A stretch of DNA of 64,000 nucleotides, taken from NCBI GenBank assembly GCA_963555815.3, contig CAUVWX020000001.1, positions 320,001 through 384,000 on the forward strand, given 5' to 3'. Shown here one piece after another: positions 1 through 9,777 of the stretch. How positions within the stretch are numbered: position 1 is the first letter of the stretch; each line of letters opens with the position of its first letter. The stretch comes from a bacterium (GTDB lineage: Bacteria > UBA8248 > JACPRG01 > G963555815). Position numbers and translations under genes: made by a program. A model generated the notes under the pieces. The model was not told the DNA's origin, ran no database searches, and saw only the letters and a list, made by a program, of their open reading frames with translations.

Positions 1-1054
1 CCTGGGCCTCGAGCATCTCAAGAAGCCCTCCCACGTCGATGGCGAACCCAGTGGCGTGAGAGGGAACCCCAAACTGTCCCATGAGGTCATCATAGCGACC
101 CCCACTCAAGATAGGAAAGCCGGCGAGTCGAGAAAAGGCCTCAAGGACCGGACCGGTATAGTAGTCAAATCCTCGAAGCTCGCTGAGGTCGAAGGCCACG
201 TCCCCCTCAGCCCCGTAGACGCGTAGCATCTCATAGATGGTTCGAAGGTCAAGGAGTGCCTTTTTGGGGCCTTTTAGGCCCGTTCCTGGCATCAGGGAGG
301 CGGCCCGGTCTAGGACCTCCAGGCCTCCTACCAGGTCAGGAAGAGCGAGGACGAGTCCTTTCATCTTCCTGGGGAGGCGGAGCCCGTTCCCCAGGGCCTC
401 AAGACCCGAGAGATCCTTTCTTGCCAGGGCGGAGCAAAGCTCTTCCGTCCAGTCCTCGCTGACCCCACAATCCTTAAACGCGGCCAGAACCCCTCTCAAA
501 AACCCCATGTGGCTCAAGGCCACCTTGAAATCTGAAATCCCCGAAACTCGAAGAGATTCCACAGCGATGGCGATGGTCTCGACGTCCGCCTCCAAGGAAT
601 TCAGGCCGATGAGCTCGACCCCCGCCTGATGGAACTCCTGCTGGAGGCGCCCCCGAGCTCGGACATATCGGTAGACCCTGCCCGCATAACAAAGGCGGAG
701 GGGCCTCGGACGGCCTCGAAGGGTCGTGGCGGCCAGGTAGGCGATCTGGGGTGTGATGTCTGAACGAAGGGCGAGGAGCTGCCCCGTATCCCGGTCGACA
801 AGCTTGAAAAGGTCATCCAGGGCCTGGCGCCCAATGCCCCTGGAGAGGGTGTCGTAGTAGTCCAGCGTCGGGGTCAGGACCTCCTGGAACCCCCACTGGC
901 GAAATACGGAGAGGAGCCGCTCCTCCATTTGCCTTTTTCGGGCGGCCTCGGAGGGCAGAAAAAGGCGAGCCCCTCGAAGGGGCCGCACCCGCTGGGGAAC
1001 CTCTCGCGCCTTCGGCACCGCGCGAGTGCTTGTGACATCGCTCCTCGCCATCAT
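1..1054 (-). CDS. hisZ: ATP phosphoribosyltransferase regulatory subunit (runs off left edge)
   Basis: Manual translation (not in ORF track): MMARSD...PLRGARLFLPSEAARKRQMEERLLSVFRQWGFQEVLTPTLDYYDT; later DLSELRGFDYYTG and ILSGGRYDDL motifs of the HisZ/HisRS-like fold; GGGAGA RBS upstream. Confidence 0.85.
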   Translation of the reverse strand, partial: MMARSDVTSTRAVPKAREVPQRVRPLRGARLFLPSEAARKRQMEERLLSVFRQWGFQEVLTPTLDYYDTLSRGIGRQALDDLFKLVDRDTGQLLALRSDITPQIAYLAATTLRGRPRPLRLCYAGRVYRYVRARGRLQQEFHQAGVELIGLNSLEADVETIAIAVESLRVSGISDFKVALSHMGFLRGVLAAFKDCGVSEDWTEELCSALARKDLSGLEALGNGLRLPRKMKGLVLALPDLVGGLEVLDRAASLMPGTGLKGPKKALLDLRTIYEMLRVYGAEGDVAFDLSELRGFDYYTGPVLEAFSRLAGFPILSGGRYDDLMGQFGVPSHATGFAIDVGGLLEMLEAQ

Positions 1055-1184
1055 AGCCAGACTATCTCCCAGGAATTCCCCTTTCCAACGGCGAGCAGGG
1101 ACAGCCAAACAGGACTGCATTCACTCTAGGGCCCAAAGGGCCTGGCGTCAATTGAAAGCGCTTTCAGGGAGAAACTTTTGCCCC

Positions 1185-2846
1185 TCAGCTGGGGACAAGA
1201 ACCATGACATCATGCTTCCCATAGCGGAAGTGCTCATCGAAAGGCTTTAGGCGTTGGCGGATGTCCTCTGGAAGATCCTCATACCTCCGCCGCGTCATCA
1301 CCACGAGGATCGGCGTCTCCGACTCCAACAACCTTCGCAGATCCAGTGGGCCGTGGTGGTAAATGACCTCCGCCCCCTGCGGGCCCCCGAAGAATTCTAT
1401 AGAGGGTTTAGAGAAGCGATAGGCGACGATCGGCCGGCCCGAAGCGACCTGCGCGAGGCGGGTCGCGGACACCACTGTGCTCCTCGGCGCAACGAACGGC
1501 GGAAAGGTCCATTGGGAGGCGGTCACAGTCAGCCCCACCAATCCAGCGACGAAGAGGCCAAAGGCCTCAGGCCATCTAGCGAGCCTCGACTGCCAGAAGG
1601 CCAGTGCTCCCGTCACCGCCCCCACCCCCAGAAGGGGCAGAACTGCGCCCGCGTACTCAGGAAACCTCCACAGGGCCACCCCAGAACCGCCCAAGGAGAT
1701 GAGAGTTACAAGGACCATGCAAGTCGTGAAGAACCGTGAGACGAACCGATGCCATCCACCTCGCAATGCAAACAGTTGCTCATCGATGAGCGCCGCTAAA
1801 AGGAGGGACGCCGCCGGGTAGAGAGGCAGGAGGAAGTGGCTCCGTTTGGACGAAGAAACGGTGAAAAATATGAAGACAACGACGACCCAGAGACTTGAGA
1901 AGGACATCGCAGGCCGGCGGAATTGCAAGAATCCATAGACCAGACTCGGGATAAGGGCAATGCTCCAGGGCAGAAAATTGAGAAAGAGGCTGGGGAAGTA
2001 GTACCAAACGGGCCTGATGTGATCATAACCTGCGAGGTAGCGGAGGACGTTCTCACGCCAGAGCGCTTCCCAGACCGTGCCCTGGCCGACCGCGCTGGCG
2101 AAGAGGACATACCAGGGCACAGCCACCACCCCGAATAGGGCGAGCCCGGCCAGATGAACCCACCCAGGCACCTTCCTCCAGGTTCGGGTCACCGCCAGAT
2201 AGATGGATACGATCATAAGGGGGAGGAGGAGCCCCACGGGCCCTTTCGTGAGGACGGCCAGGGCTGACGCTGCGTAGGCCCCCAGAAACCCCCCAATCGC
2301 CCATCCCCTCGACCCCTGAAGCGCCGCCACCGCCATGGCGACCGCCAGTAGGACAAAAAAGGTCAGCAACATATCAGACTGAGCCAGACGGGAGTTTCGA
2401 AAAACCTGGTAGCTGGTGCAAAAGAGAAGAGCCGCAAGGAGTCCCGTCCGGGGTCTAAAGAGCTGTCGCCCCAGCCAAAGGGTTAAGAGGGCTGTCCCCA
2501 GCCCCGCTAGGGCCGACGGGAGCCTGGCAGCCAGCGTCCCCACACCTCCCAAAAACCAGCCTGCATAGGCGATGGCCCACATGAGGAGAGGGGGCTTGTT
2601 GGTGTAGGGAAGGCCGGCCCAGGTGGCGTAGAGAAAGTTTCCCGACCCCAGCATCTGCCGGCCGAAGAGGGCGAATCGGGTCTCGTCATTGTCGGCAAGG
2701 TCCTGGGCAGTGAGCCCAAAAAAGAAGACCAGTCCGGCGACAAGGAGGACGAGGATGACCTGAAGCCACACCCTGTCCAGGGGGTGGGATTCTTCCCTTG
2801 AGATTTCTACGCTAATCACGTGCCGTCCAGAACATGGTAGAAACAA
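1185..2846 (-). CDS. ArnT/PMT-like glycosyltransferase family 39 membrane protein
   Basis: DETRF, NKPPLLMW, ARLPSAL, LTKGPVG, WYY and SSKRSHFLLPLYP motifs; many TM segments. True start may be downstream. Confidence 0.85.
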   Translation of the reverse strand: MFLPCSGRHVISVEISREESHPLDRVWLQVILVLLVAGLVFFFGLTAQDLADNDETRFALFGRQMLGSGNFLYATWAGLPYTNKPPLLMWAIAYAGWFLGGVGTLAARLPSALAGLGTALLTLWLGRQLFRPRTGLLAALLFCTSYQVFRNSRLAQSDMLLTFFVLLAVAMAVAALQGSRGWAIGGFLGAYAASALAVLTKGPVGLLLPLMIVSIYLAVTRTWRKVPGWVHLAGLALFGVVAVPWYVLFASAVGQGTVWEALWRENVLRYLAGYDHIRPVWYYFPSLFLNFLPWSIALIPSLVYGFLQFRRPAMSFSSLWVVVVFIFFTVSSSKRSHFLLPLYPAASLLLAALIDEQLFALRGGWHRFVSRFFTTCMVLVTLISLGGSGVALWRFPEYAGAVLPLLGVGAVTGALAFWQSRLARWPEAFGLFVAGLVGLTVTASQWTFPPFVAPRSTVVSATRLAQVASGRPIVAYRFSKPSIEFFGGPQGAEVIYHHGPLDLRRLLESETPILVVMTRRRYEDLPEDIRQRLKPFDEHFRYGKHDVMVLVPS

Positions 2847-3017
2847 AACCCCTTCGAATGCTGGGAACGGAGGCCTCTACCCAGGGCATGGGCTTCCCAG
2901 CCTGGATGTGCTCCCAGGGACGTTGATTTTAGCCTGGAGGCCTGCCCAAGGCAAAAAAGCCCGAAAGCGACGCATGTCTCACCCCGGGCGGCCTTCTCGG
3001 TCCCAGCGGCTAAACGC

Positions 3018-4517
3018 CTAGAAGAACCACTGCATCATGAAGATGGCCTGCCAGCTGTCGTCGTTAGAGTTGACACGGCGGTTCGACCCGCCAGCCACCT
3101 GGTCCTGCTCATCCACTCTGTTCCGAAGCCTTCCGTAATCCCCCGCCGCTAAGTAGTCGAACCCCCCCTGGAGCGTGAAGCCCCGATAGGGGGTCCAGGC
3201 GAGGTTCAGATCGATCTCGGTCCCGACGTAGGTGTCTCAAACAAAGGGGCTTGCGCCGTCTGACGTGAGGTCCGGCCTGGCGTGTTGTGACCAGATGAAC
3301 CCGAGCGTTGTGTTGAAGACGACGTCCTTGATCGGCCTCAGGGCGAAGTCCAGGGCGAAGGTCCGGTTCCCGTTCCCTCGGGCGTAGCGGCTCCCGGTCC
3401 CCCCCGTGTTGCCGCCCAGGTTTAGGCTGCCAGCGAGGACGCCTTCGTTATACTTGGCTCCAAACCATAGGTCCGCCGGCGCCTCGCTATAGACATCGCA
3501 CCCCGCGCCCCCGCTATCCGTCGTCTGGCACCCAATGCCGTAGAACTGGTTCTGGGTGCTGTCCTCCTGGTCTTTATCGCCTGAGACATCGATAAAGTGG
3601 GCCGCAACGTTCGCGGGCCCGAACGTCACCCCACCCGTCAACCAGATGACCCACGCGTTGACGTTCTGGTCTCTGTTGAGACGGCTTTTACCCGTGTCGA
3701 TGCTCGTGGCGGCTTCCCCGGCCGCGTTGTATTCCCAGTCCCCCGTCTGGTAGATGAAATCGAAGGCTGAGTGGAAGCGTCCGTAGCGGCCTCTCAGGGA
3801 GAGCCCGGTCCAGAAGTCCCGGAAGTTCGCGCCGGTCGTCTCACCCCGGTTTTTGAACTGGAGCACCTCATAGAGGGTGATGCTAACGTTTCTCAGACTG
3901 GAATACGTGCCTCGGACTATATAGACGTCGTCATCGTCAGCGTCGCCGATATCATTTTCAAACCGCTTGAGCCACTCGAACCGAAGATCGACCGGCCCGG
4001 CCTTCCCAAAGACCTGGATTCCAGTCTCTCGAAGGCTAGGGAAGCGCCCGACGATCCCCCGGGGCAGGATGAAGTCGTTCTGCCCAGCCCTGACAAACCA
4101 CGGACCTGGGAGGAAGGGGACCTTGAACTGAAGCCAGTAGAGAACGGAGTTGGCTTCCGTCGGCCCGAATCCCTTGACTTCGGAGGGCTGAATCTGTGTC
4201 GTTCCGAAATATGCGCCGCCGCCGCCGAGGATCTGATTAAAGACAGAAAATTCGAGCTGGACGAGCCCCTGGACATCGTCATCCTGTCTTCCGACGAAGG
4301 TCGACCGGAAGACTGAGTCGAGAAACCGCCAGTTGTCCCGGGACTGCTTTCCCGTGTCATCCTTGGCTCTAACTGCATCGAGGCGGTCCTGGTTATTCCC
4401 CGCGATGGCCCGGACTCGGTGCCAGCCTCCATAGGAAAAGTCCACCGCCAGGACTGGCGAAGCCAGCACCGCCACCACCGCCAGCGCCCCTGCAACCCTG
4501 AAGATTCTTCCCACCAC
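3018..4517 (-). pseudogene. Outer-membrane beta-barrel/porin paralog with one in-frame TGA at 3237-3239
   Basis: Signal peptide; strong similarity to 4692-6227. The frame continues past the TGA (DTYVGTEIDLNLAW...QAIFMMQWFF, TAG at 3018-3020). The paralog has CGG (Arg) at this position. Confidence 0.75.
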
Positions 4518-4610
4518 ACTGGCGCCTTCGATCCGTCAGACAGATCCCCAGTGCCGCGGACTCTCGACCTATACACCGCAAGCTTACTTCCCTGGAAGTC
4601 GAGTTGAGAC

Positions 4611-4653
4611 AAAAAAAGGCCCGGGGCGAAATCCATTTCGCCCCGGGCCTTTT
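4611..4653 (-). terminator. Rho-independent terminator between the two porin paralogs
   Basis: AAAAGGCCCGGGGCGAAAT-CC-ATTTCGCCCCGGGCCTTTT perfect stem with a 7-U tail on the minus strand. Confidence 0.85.
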
Positions 4654-4691
4654 GGCTTAAGCAGCCCTTCTGGCCGCCGTCAAGTCAGATC

Positions 4692-6227
4692 CTAGAAGAA
4701 CCACTGCATCGTGAACATGGCCTGCCAGGAATCGTCGTTGGCGTTTGTCATACGCGTACCTCCCCCCACTATACCAGGGAGGGGGCTTGCGCCGGTCACC
4801 TGCGACTGGCCGGGGATCTTGGTTCGGAGGATCCCGTAATCGCCAGCAGCCAGGTACTGAATATCGCCCTCGAGCAAGAAGCCCGGATAGAGAGTCCAGG
4901 CAACGTTTAGGTCGATTTCACTACCGATATAGGTGTCCCGAACGAAGGGGTTTGTGCCAGCTGCCGAAAGGTCCGGCCTGGCGTGCTGTGACCATATGAA
5001 CCCGAGCGTCCCGTTTAAGGTAACGTCCCGCATCACCTTCACAGAGGAGTCAAAGGCGAAGACACGGTTCCCGTTTCCACGGGAGTACCGGCCGCCAGCA
5101 CCACCTGTGTTACCACCCAGGTCTCGGCTACCGGACACCAAACCGCCGTTGTGGCGTCCATCCTTGTGGCCGAACCAGAGCTGCGTCGGTCCCATGACAC
5201 GGGCATCACACCCGCCGACGAAGAAGCTGTCCGACGTCTGACACCCAATGCCGTAGAACTGGTTCTGGGTGTTGTCCTCCTGGTCATTGTCACCTGAAAC
5301 CTCGAGGTACTGAGCCGTTAAGTTCACAGGGCCCAGCGTCACTCCACCCGTCAACCAGATGACCCACGCATTGACCTTCTGGTCCCGTTGCATCCGGAGT
5401 TTGCCCGTGTCGTTGCCCTGGACGGCTTCGCCAGCCGAGCCGTATTCCCAGTCCCCCGTCAGGTAGACGAAGTCCGCGGTTGCGTTGAAGCGTCCGTAGC
5501 GGCCTGAGGTGGAGAGCCCCGACCAGTAGTCCCGGAAGTTCGCGGTCGTGGTCGAGGTCCGGTTCTTGAACTGGAGCACCTCATAGATGTTGAGGCTGAC
5601 GTTTCTCAGACCGGAATACCTTGCCCGGAGCGTGTAGACGGAGTCATCGTCGGCATTTTGGACCTGACCCTCGCCACGCTTGAACGCCTCACCCCGTAGG
5701 GCCACGTCCGGTCCCACGTTCCCAAAGAGCTGGAATCCTGTCTCCTTAAAGAAAGGCAGGAAGGCGATGATTCCTTTGGGAAGGGGAATGTCATCTAACC
5801 CCGCCCTGACAAACCAGGGGCCGGGGAGGAAGGGGACTTTGAACTGGATCCAGTACAAGTTACCCATAGCATCGAACGTGCTCGTCCCTGAGCTCGGAGC
5901 CGTTCCCCCACCAAACGCGCCGTCACCGAACTGGAGTCCTCCGTTCCCCCACACATTCTGGAACTCGGGGGCCTTGATCTGAACGAACCCCTGAACGTTG
6001 TCATCCTGCCTCGCATCGAAGTTCAAGAAGAACGTCGAGTCGACATACCGTACATTGTCTCGGGCACCCACGCCTCGCGGGAGCGTATCGAGGCGGTCCT
6101 GGTTGTTAGCCGCGATGGCACGAAGTCTGTACCATCCGCCAAACGAGAAGTCAGCCGCCGAGGCCGGCGCGGCAAATACCGCCACCATCACCAGCACCAG
6201 GGCAACTCCTAAGAGCTTTTTTAGCAT
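4692..6227 (-). CDS. Outer-membrane beta-barrel porin-like protein
   Basis: Sec signal peptide (ASA-ADF), alternating amphipathic strands, C-terminal aromatic QWFF; GGGAGGTG RBS. Confidence 0.8.
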   Translation of the reverse strand: MLKKLLGVALVLVMVAVFAAPASAADFSFGGWYRLRAIAANNQDRLDTLPRGVGARDNVRYVDSTFFLNFDARQDDNVQGFVQIKAPEFQNVWGNGGLQFGDGAFGGGTAPSSGTSTFDAMGNLYWIQFKVPFLPGPWFVRAGLDDIPLPKGIIAFLPFFKETGFQLFGNVGPDVALRGEAFKRGEGQVQNADDDSVYTLRARYSGLRNVSLNIYEVLQFKNRTSTTTANFRDYWSGLSTSGRYGRFNATADFVYLTGDWEYGSAGEAVQGNDTGKLRMQRDQKVNAWVIWLTGGVTLGPVNLTAQYLEVSGDNDQEDNTQNQFYGIGCQTSDSFFVGGCDARVMGPTQLWFGHKDGRHNGGLVSGSRDLGGNTGGAGGRYSRGNGNRVFAFDSSVKVMRDVTLNGTLGFIWSQHARPDLSAAGTNPFVRDTYIGSEIDLNVAWTLYPGFLLEGDIQYLAAGDYGILRTKIPGQSQVTGASPLPGIVGGGTRMTNANDDSWQAMFTMQWFF

Positions 6228-6574
6228 TTAGCACCTCCCACCGGTAGATGGATCGTCATTCATGACTGCAAAATCTCAATCCACCCCCCAAAAAAGACAA
6301 CTTCCCTCAAGGCTTCCCTCCCGGACATCACCTCCTTTTGGCCTGCCATTTTGTGAATCCTCAAAACCTGACTCCCCGGAAGGCCTAAAGCTCCCCCCCC
6401 ACCGTATTCATGCACAGGGGAACCGCCCTTCCCCTCCTGTCCTCCAGCATCCTCCCCAAACTCTACCCAACCCTGCACTGGAGGTCGTGATCCTTTAAGA
6501 CGGCCCGCCTGGCTTCCAACCACGGCCCACAGGGGCCCCCTCCTCACAAACCACTTAACTCCAGAATCTGACAA

Positions 6575-6604
6575 TTTGTAGCATCCAGGAAAATCCTTTG
6601 TCAA
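6575..6604 (-). promoter_or_regulatory. Candidate sigma70 promoter for the porin genes
   Basis: TTGACA (6604-6599), 18 bp spacer, TACAAA. Confidence 0.4.
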
Positions 6605-6680
6605 GCTATTTTTTTCCTGGGTTTCCCGCCACCAGTGGGGGTTTTCTCTCTGCGTCCCGGAGGAGCTCCTCACGGGGGGC

Positions 6681-8702
6681 CTACTGGCCGAGGGAATAGA
6701 CCACAGCCCGGCTGACACCCTCGCTCAGGCTGAGGAGATCTTTCGTGATGACGGCCAGAATGAGCTCTTCCGCTCCATCCCCATCAAGGTCGCCAAAGGC
6801 GTAGTCCGCGATAATCCCGCCCACCTTTCGCGAGCGCCACTGCTCTGAGAGCCCCTGCCCATCCCAGGCCATGGCGACGAGCTCGGCGTCCTTGTAACCC
6901 GATGAAGAGACGAACTCCAGCCGGCGCAGGTTGACCGGCACCAAAAGGCTCGGCCTTCCGCTCCCGTTGAGGTCTCGAAGAAGGAGGCGGCCCCGGATGG
7001 GGAGGTAGACGGGACGGACATCTGAATCAAGGCCGGAGGGCTCCTCGGGCCGGCTCAGGGTTGGGTCATGGCGAAACTCGACCAGGGAGACTCCTATCCT
7101 GTCGCCTCCCCGCCAGATCTGCTCCCCATTTCGCCGCGCAATGGTCAGGTTCTCGTTCCTCGTCACCTCCACCACCTCTTCAATCCCGTCCTGGTCCACA
7201 TCCCAGAGGTTGAACCCATAGACCTCGCCCCCCTTTGGGAGCTGAAGGGACTCCTTGGCCACGAGCTTGTCGCCCTCCCATCCGTAGCGGTAGACGTCTC
7301 CGTGGAAAGCCCTGGCCACTCCCTCCCTCTGCCCGATGAGCATCGGAGGACGTCCCACGGGCTCGATGGCCCGGAAGAAGACCGATAGTCTGGAGGCGAT
7401 GACCTCATATTTGCCGTTCCGGTGTTCCAGTACAAAGGAGAGAACGTTGGGGTGTCGCCGGTTGGTGACATAGATTTCCGGGACCCCGCTTCCGTCGAGA
7501 TCTATCGAGTCAACGGCGAGGAAACGGTCAGCGAGGCCCCCTTTGTAAAGAAACTCCTCGATCAGGCGGCCTCCCTCCCAGCGGTAGATGCTGAGGCGAT
7601 TATCGTATATAAAGGCGACCTCTACGCGGCCATCTCCGTCAAAATCCCCGGTCGTCATACCTGACGCAACCCATTTGAAAGTCTGGCTTCGGTTGACCCC
7701 CCTACTCTCTGGAACGTCCTTTCTCAGGACAAAGTTGGGGTTCACTTCCGAGTGATCGGGGGCTACTGCCCCCTCCCCTTGGCGGGGGATTGGGAATGTT
7801 CGGGCGGCGGGAGCACTGGCCACCTGGGGGAGGTCCCGGACAACGGCCAGCTGAGTCTCACCAAGGCGTCCGTCCTCGGCGTCGACGAGCTGGCTCTCGA
7901 TGACCTGGCGGTCCTGGACGAGGCGGACGGTGTTCTTCAGGAGAAAATCAGCCCGGACGAACTGCTGCAGGCGCGGGAGGTTCTCCGGACTCGTTGTCTC
8001 GGCCACCGAGACCCTCATCTCCAGGAGCCAAACCTGGAGCTTGTCGGCGTCAAAGACTTCAAAACGCCCGACCCCGGCTACGGCCGACGCAAGGCCAAAC
8101 GTGAGGGTGTCCAGGTTCAGACGCTGACCCGTCTGATTCTCAAAGGGGAGAACGGCAAGGCGGACTTTCGCCGATGTGATCCGCACTCGGTCTCCCTCCT
8201 GAATCTCAAACTCGGAGGGCGTCTTGAGGCGGGCCACCGAGAACTGTTCCCGGACTTCCTGGATCACCAGGACCCCGAGCTCCTCCTCAAAGCTGCCCAG
8301 AACCTGGCCTGTAACGGGATGCTTGAAGCTGCCGAGCTCTCGGTAGACCAAAAGCTCCGTCCCCGAACGAAGGTGACTCGCCTCGCCCAGGGTCAGGTAG
8401 ATGTCCTCTCCGCGAATGGAGGCGACAAAGCCGTCTACAGCTGGAAACTGCCCCTCCAGCTTCTCGGCCATTCTCCTGAAGGCGGAAGGATAATCGACAG
8501 GGCCTCCGGGCTCCTCCACTGCCTCCTGCGTCGAAGGAGACTCCAGTTGGGCATGGGCAAACCCGGCACCCATGAGGAGTCCCAGAAGACTCAACGCGCA
8601 GACAGACCCCTTTAAACCCCCGCTGAAGACCCTTCTAAACGGCAGGGTCACTAAAAACCCTCCCTTCCGAGAAATGGAGCCGGCGATGAGATTTAAACCC
8701 AC
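6681..8702 (-). CDS. Exported FG-GAP/VCBS-repeat protein with N-terminal FlgT/CsgG-like domains
   Basis: Signal peptide (FAHAQ); LAVLPFEN motif; repeated GDFDGDG/DLDGSG/DVDQDG/DLNGSG/GDLDGDG Ca-binding motifs. Start uncertain. Confidence 0.75.
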   Translation of the reverse strand: MGLNLIAGSISRKGGFLVTLPFRRVFSGGLKGSVCALSLLGLLMGAGFAHAQLESPSTQEAVEEPGGPVDYPSAFRRMAEKLEGQFPAVDGFVASIRGEDIYLTLGEASHLRSGTELLVYRELGSFKHPVTGQVLGSFEEELGVLVIQEVREQFSVARLKTPSEFEIQEGDRVRITSAKVRLAVLPFENQTGQRLNLDTLTFGLASAVAGVGRFEVFDADKLQVWLLEMRVSVAETTSPENLPRLQQFVRADFLLKNTVRLVQDRQVIESQLVDAEDGRLGETQLAVVRDLPQVASAPAARTFPIPRQGEGAVAPDHSEVNPNFVLRKDVPESRGVNRSQTFKWVASGMTTGDFDGDGRVEVAFIYDNRLSIYRWEGGRLIEEFLYKGGLADRFLAVDSIDLDGSGVPEIYVTNRRHPNVLSFVLEHRNGKYEVIASRLSVFFRAIEPVGRPPMLIGQREGVARAFHGDVYRYGWEGDKLVAKESLQLPKGGEVYGFNLWDVDQDGIEEVVEVTRNENLTIARRNGEQIWRGGDRIGVSLVEFRHDPTLSRPEEPSGLDSDVRPVYLPIRGRLLLRDLNGSGRPSLLVPVNLRRLEFVSSSGYKDAELVAMAWDGQGLSEQWRSRKVGGIIADYAFGDLDGDGAEELILAVITKDLLSLSEGVSRAVVYSLGQ

Positions 8703-8840
8703 AACTTAATGGTTATAAATGCCACTCACCCCCCATTGAGGTTAGCCCAGACGGCCCAAAAGCGCAAGACCAAAAAAATAGCGGGCCTGAGACGACGCCC
8801 GGCTGTCGGCCGAGGCGGACGGAGGGCACCCTGGACGACC

Positions 8841-9770
8841 TCATTCACTTCTCTTAACAACGAGTCGCACGTACCTTTTCCCACGCGCGAAGGATTGTGG
8901 GTTGACGATATCGAGCTGATCCGTCAGATAGACCTCCAAATCTTCTACCGCTTCTCGGGCCAAGTAATGAAAAGCCGGTCTTTTCACGCGCAGTTTTTCC
9001 AGCATAAACGTCAAAAGAGGCGGTCCGAGCTTTTTGCCCCACATATACGCGCAAGCCAGTGTTGGCAGTACGTTCTCCGTAATGTCCCGTTGGCAAGTGA
9101 TCTCCCATCCCCTTTCCCGTAGCTTCTGCCTAAAAACTTCCCACTGATGACCCGATTTTCCATGGCCGTCCTCGACACGAAAATAGTCACTGATTATCCA
9201 ACGCCCATCGGGTTTCAAGATCGCTTCAACGTTAGACAGGGCCGCGTCCAGTTTCAGATACTGTAAAGACTCTGCCATAATGACGGTGCCGAAATAATGT
9301 TGAAAATCATCCACGGGCATGGTTTCAAATTTTCCTTCGATAAGCGGAACGTTTGGATAAGTCTTCATGATGTACTGAATTTGCGACGCATCGGGCGTCA
9401 GCGCGACAGGCATCAATTTCCGCTGAAGGAGAAGGCTTATCAATCCCCCCAGGCCCGAGCCCACGTCAAGGATCGGAGAGTCTTTGTCCACAATGTCGTC
9501 CAACAATAGCTCCGCATAGCGAAGCTGGGCCTTTTGAATATCACGTAGACTGATTTCTTCCGGGGCAATGGCGGGGTCGTCAAAGTGGCCGTAATGGAGA
9601 AAATGTGACGACAGGACTTGCGAGTAGAGTTTCAGTTGGGCGTCGTCACGGGCCCTGCTGGAACGCTTGGTTTTTCCTAAGAGGCGCAGGAAGCGAAACA
9701 GATGGACAGGGTGGAAGAGCTTTTTCGCAATTTGCTTTCCAACTGACTTCACAGAGATTTTCTTTGACAC
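8841..9770 (-). CDS. Class I SAM-dependent methyltransferase (sterol/tocopherol/CFA-methyltransferase-like)
   Basis: FLHYGHFDDP and ILDVGSGLGG motif I. GTG start at 9770 chosen to avoid overlap with the WD40 gene. Confidence 0.75.
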   Translation of the reverse strand: MSKKISVKSVGKQIAKKLFHPVHLFRFLRLLGKTKRSSRARDDAQLKLYSQVLSSHFLHYGHFDDPAIAPEEISLRDIQKAQLRYAELLLDDIVDKDSPILDVGSGLGGLISLLLQRKLMPVALTPDASQIQYIMKTYPNVPLIEGKFETMPVDDFQHYFGTVIMAESLQYLKLDAALSNVEAILKPDGRWIISDYFRVEDGHGKSGHQWEVFRQKLRERGWEITCQRDITENVLPTLACAYMWGKKLGPPLLTFMLEKLRVKRPAFHYLAREAVEDLEVYLTDQLDIVNPQSFARGKRYVRLVVKRSE

Positions 9771-9777
9771 TTTTTGC

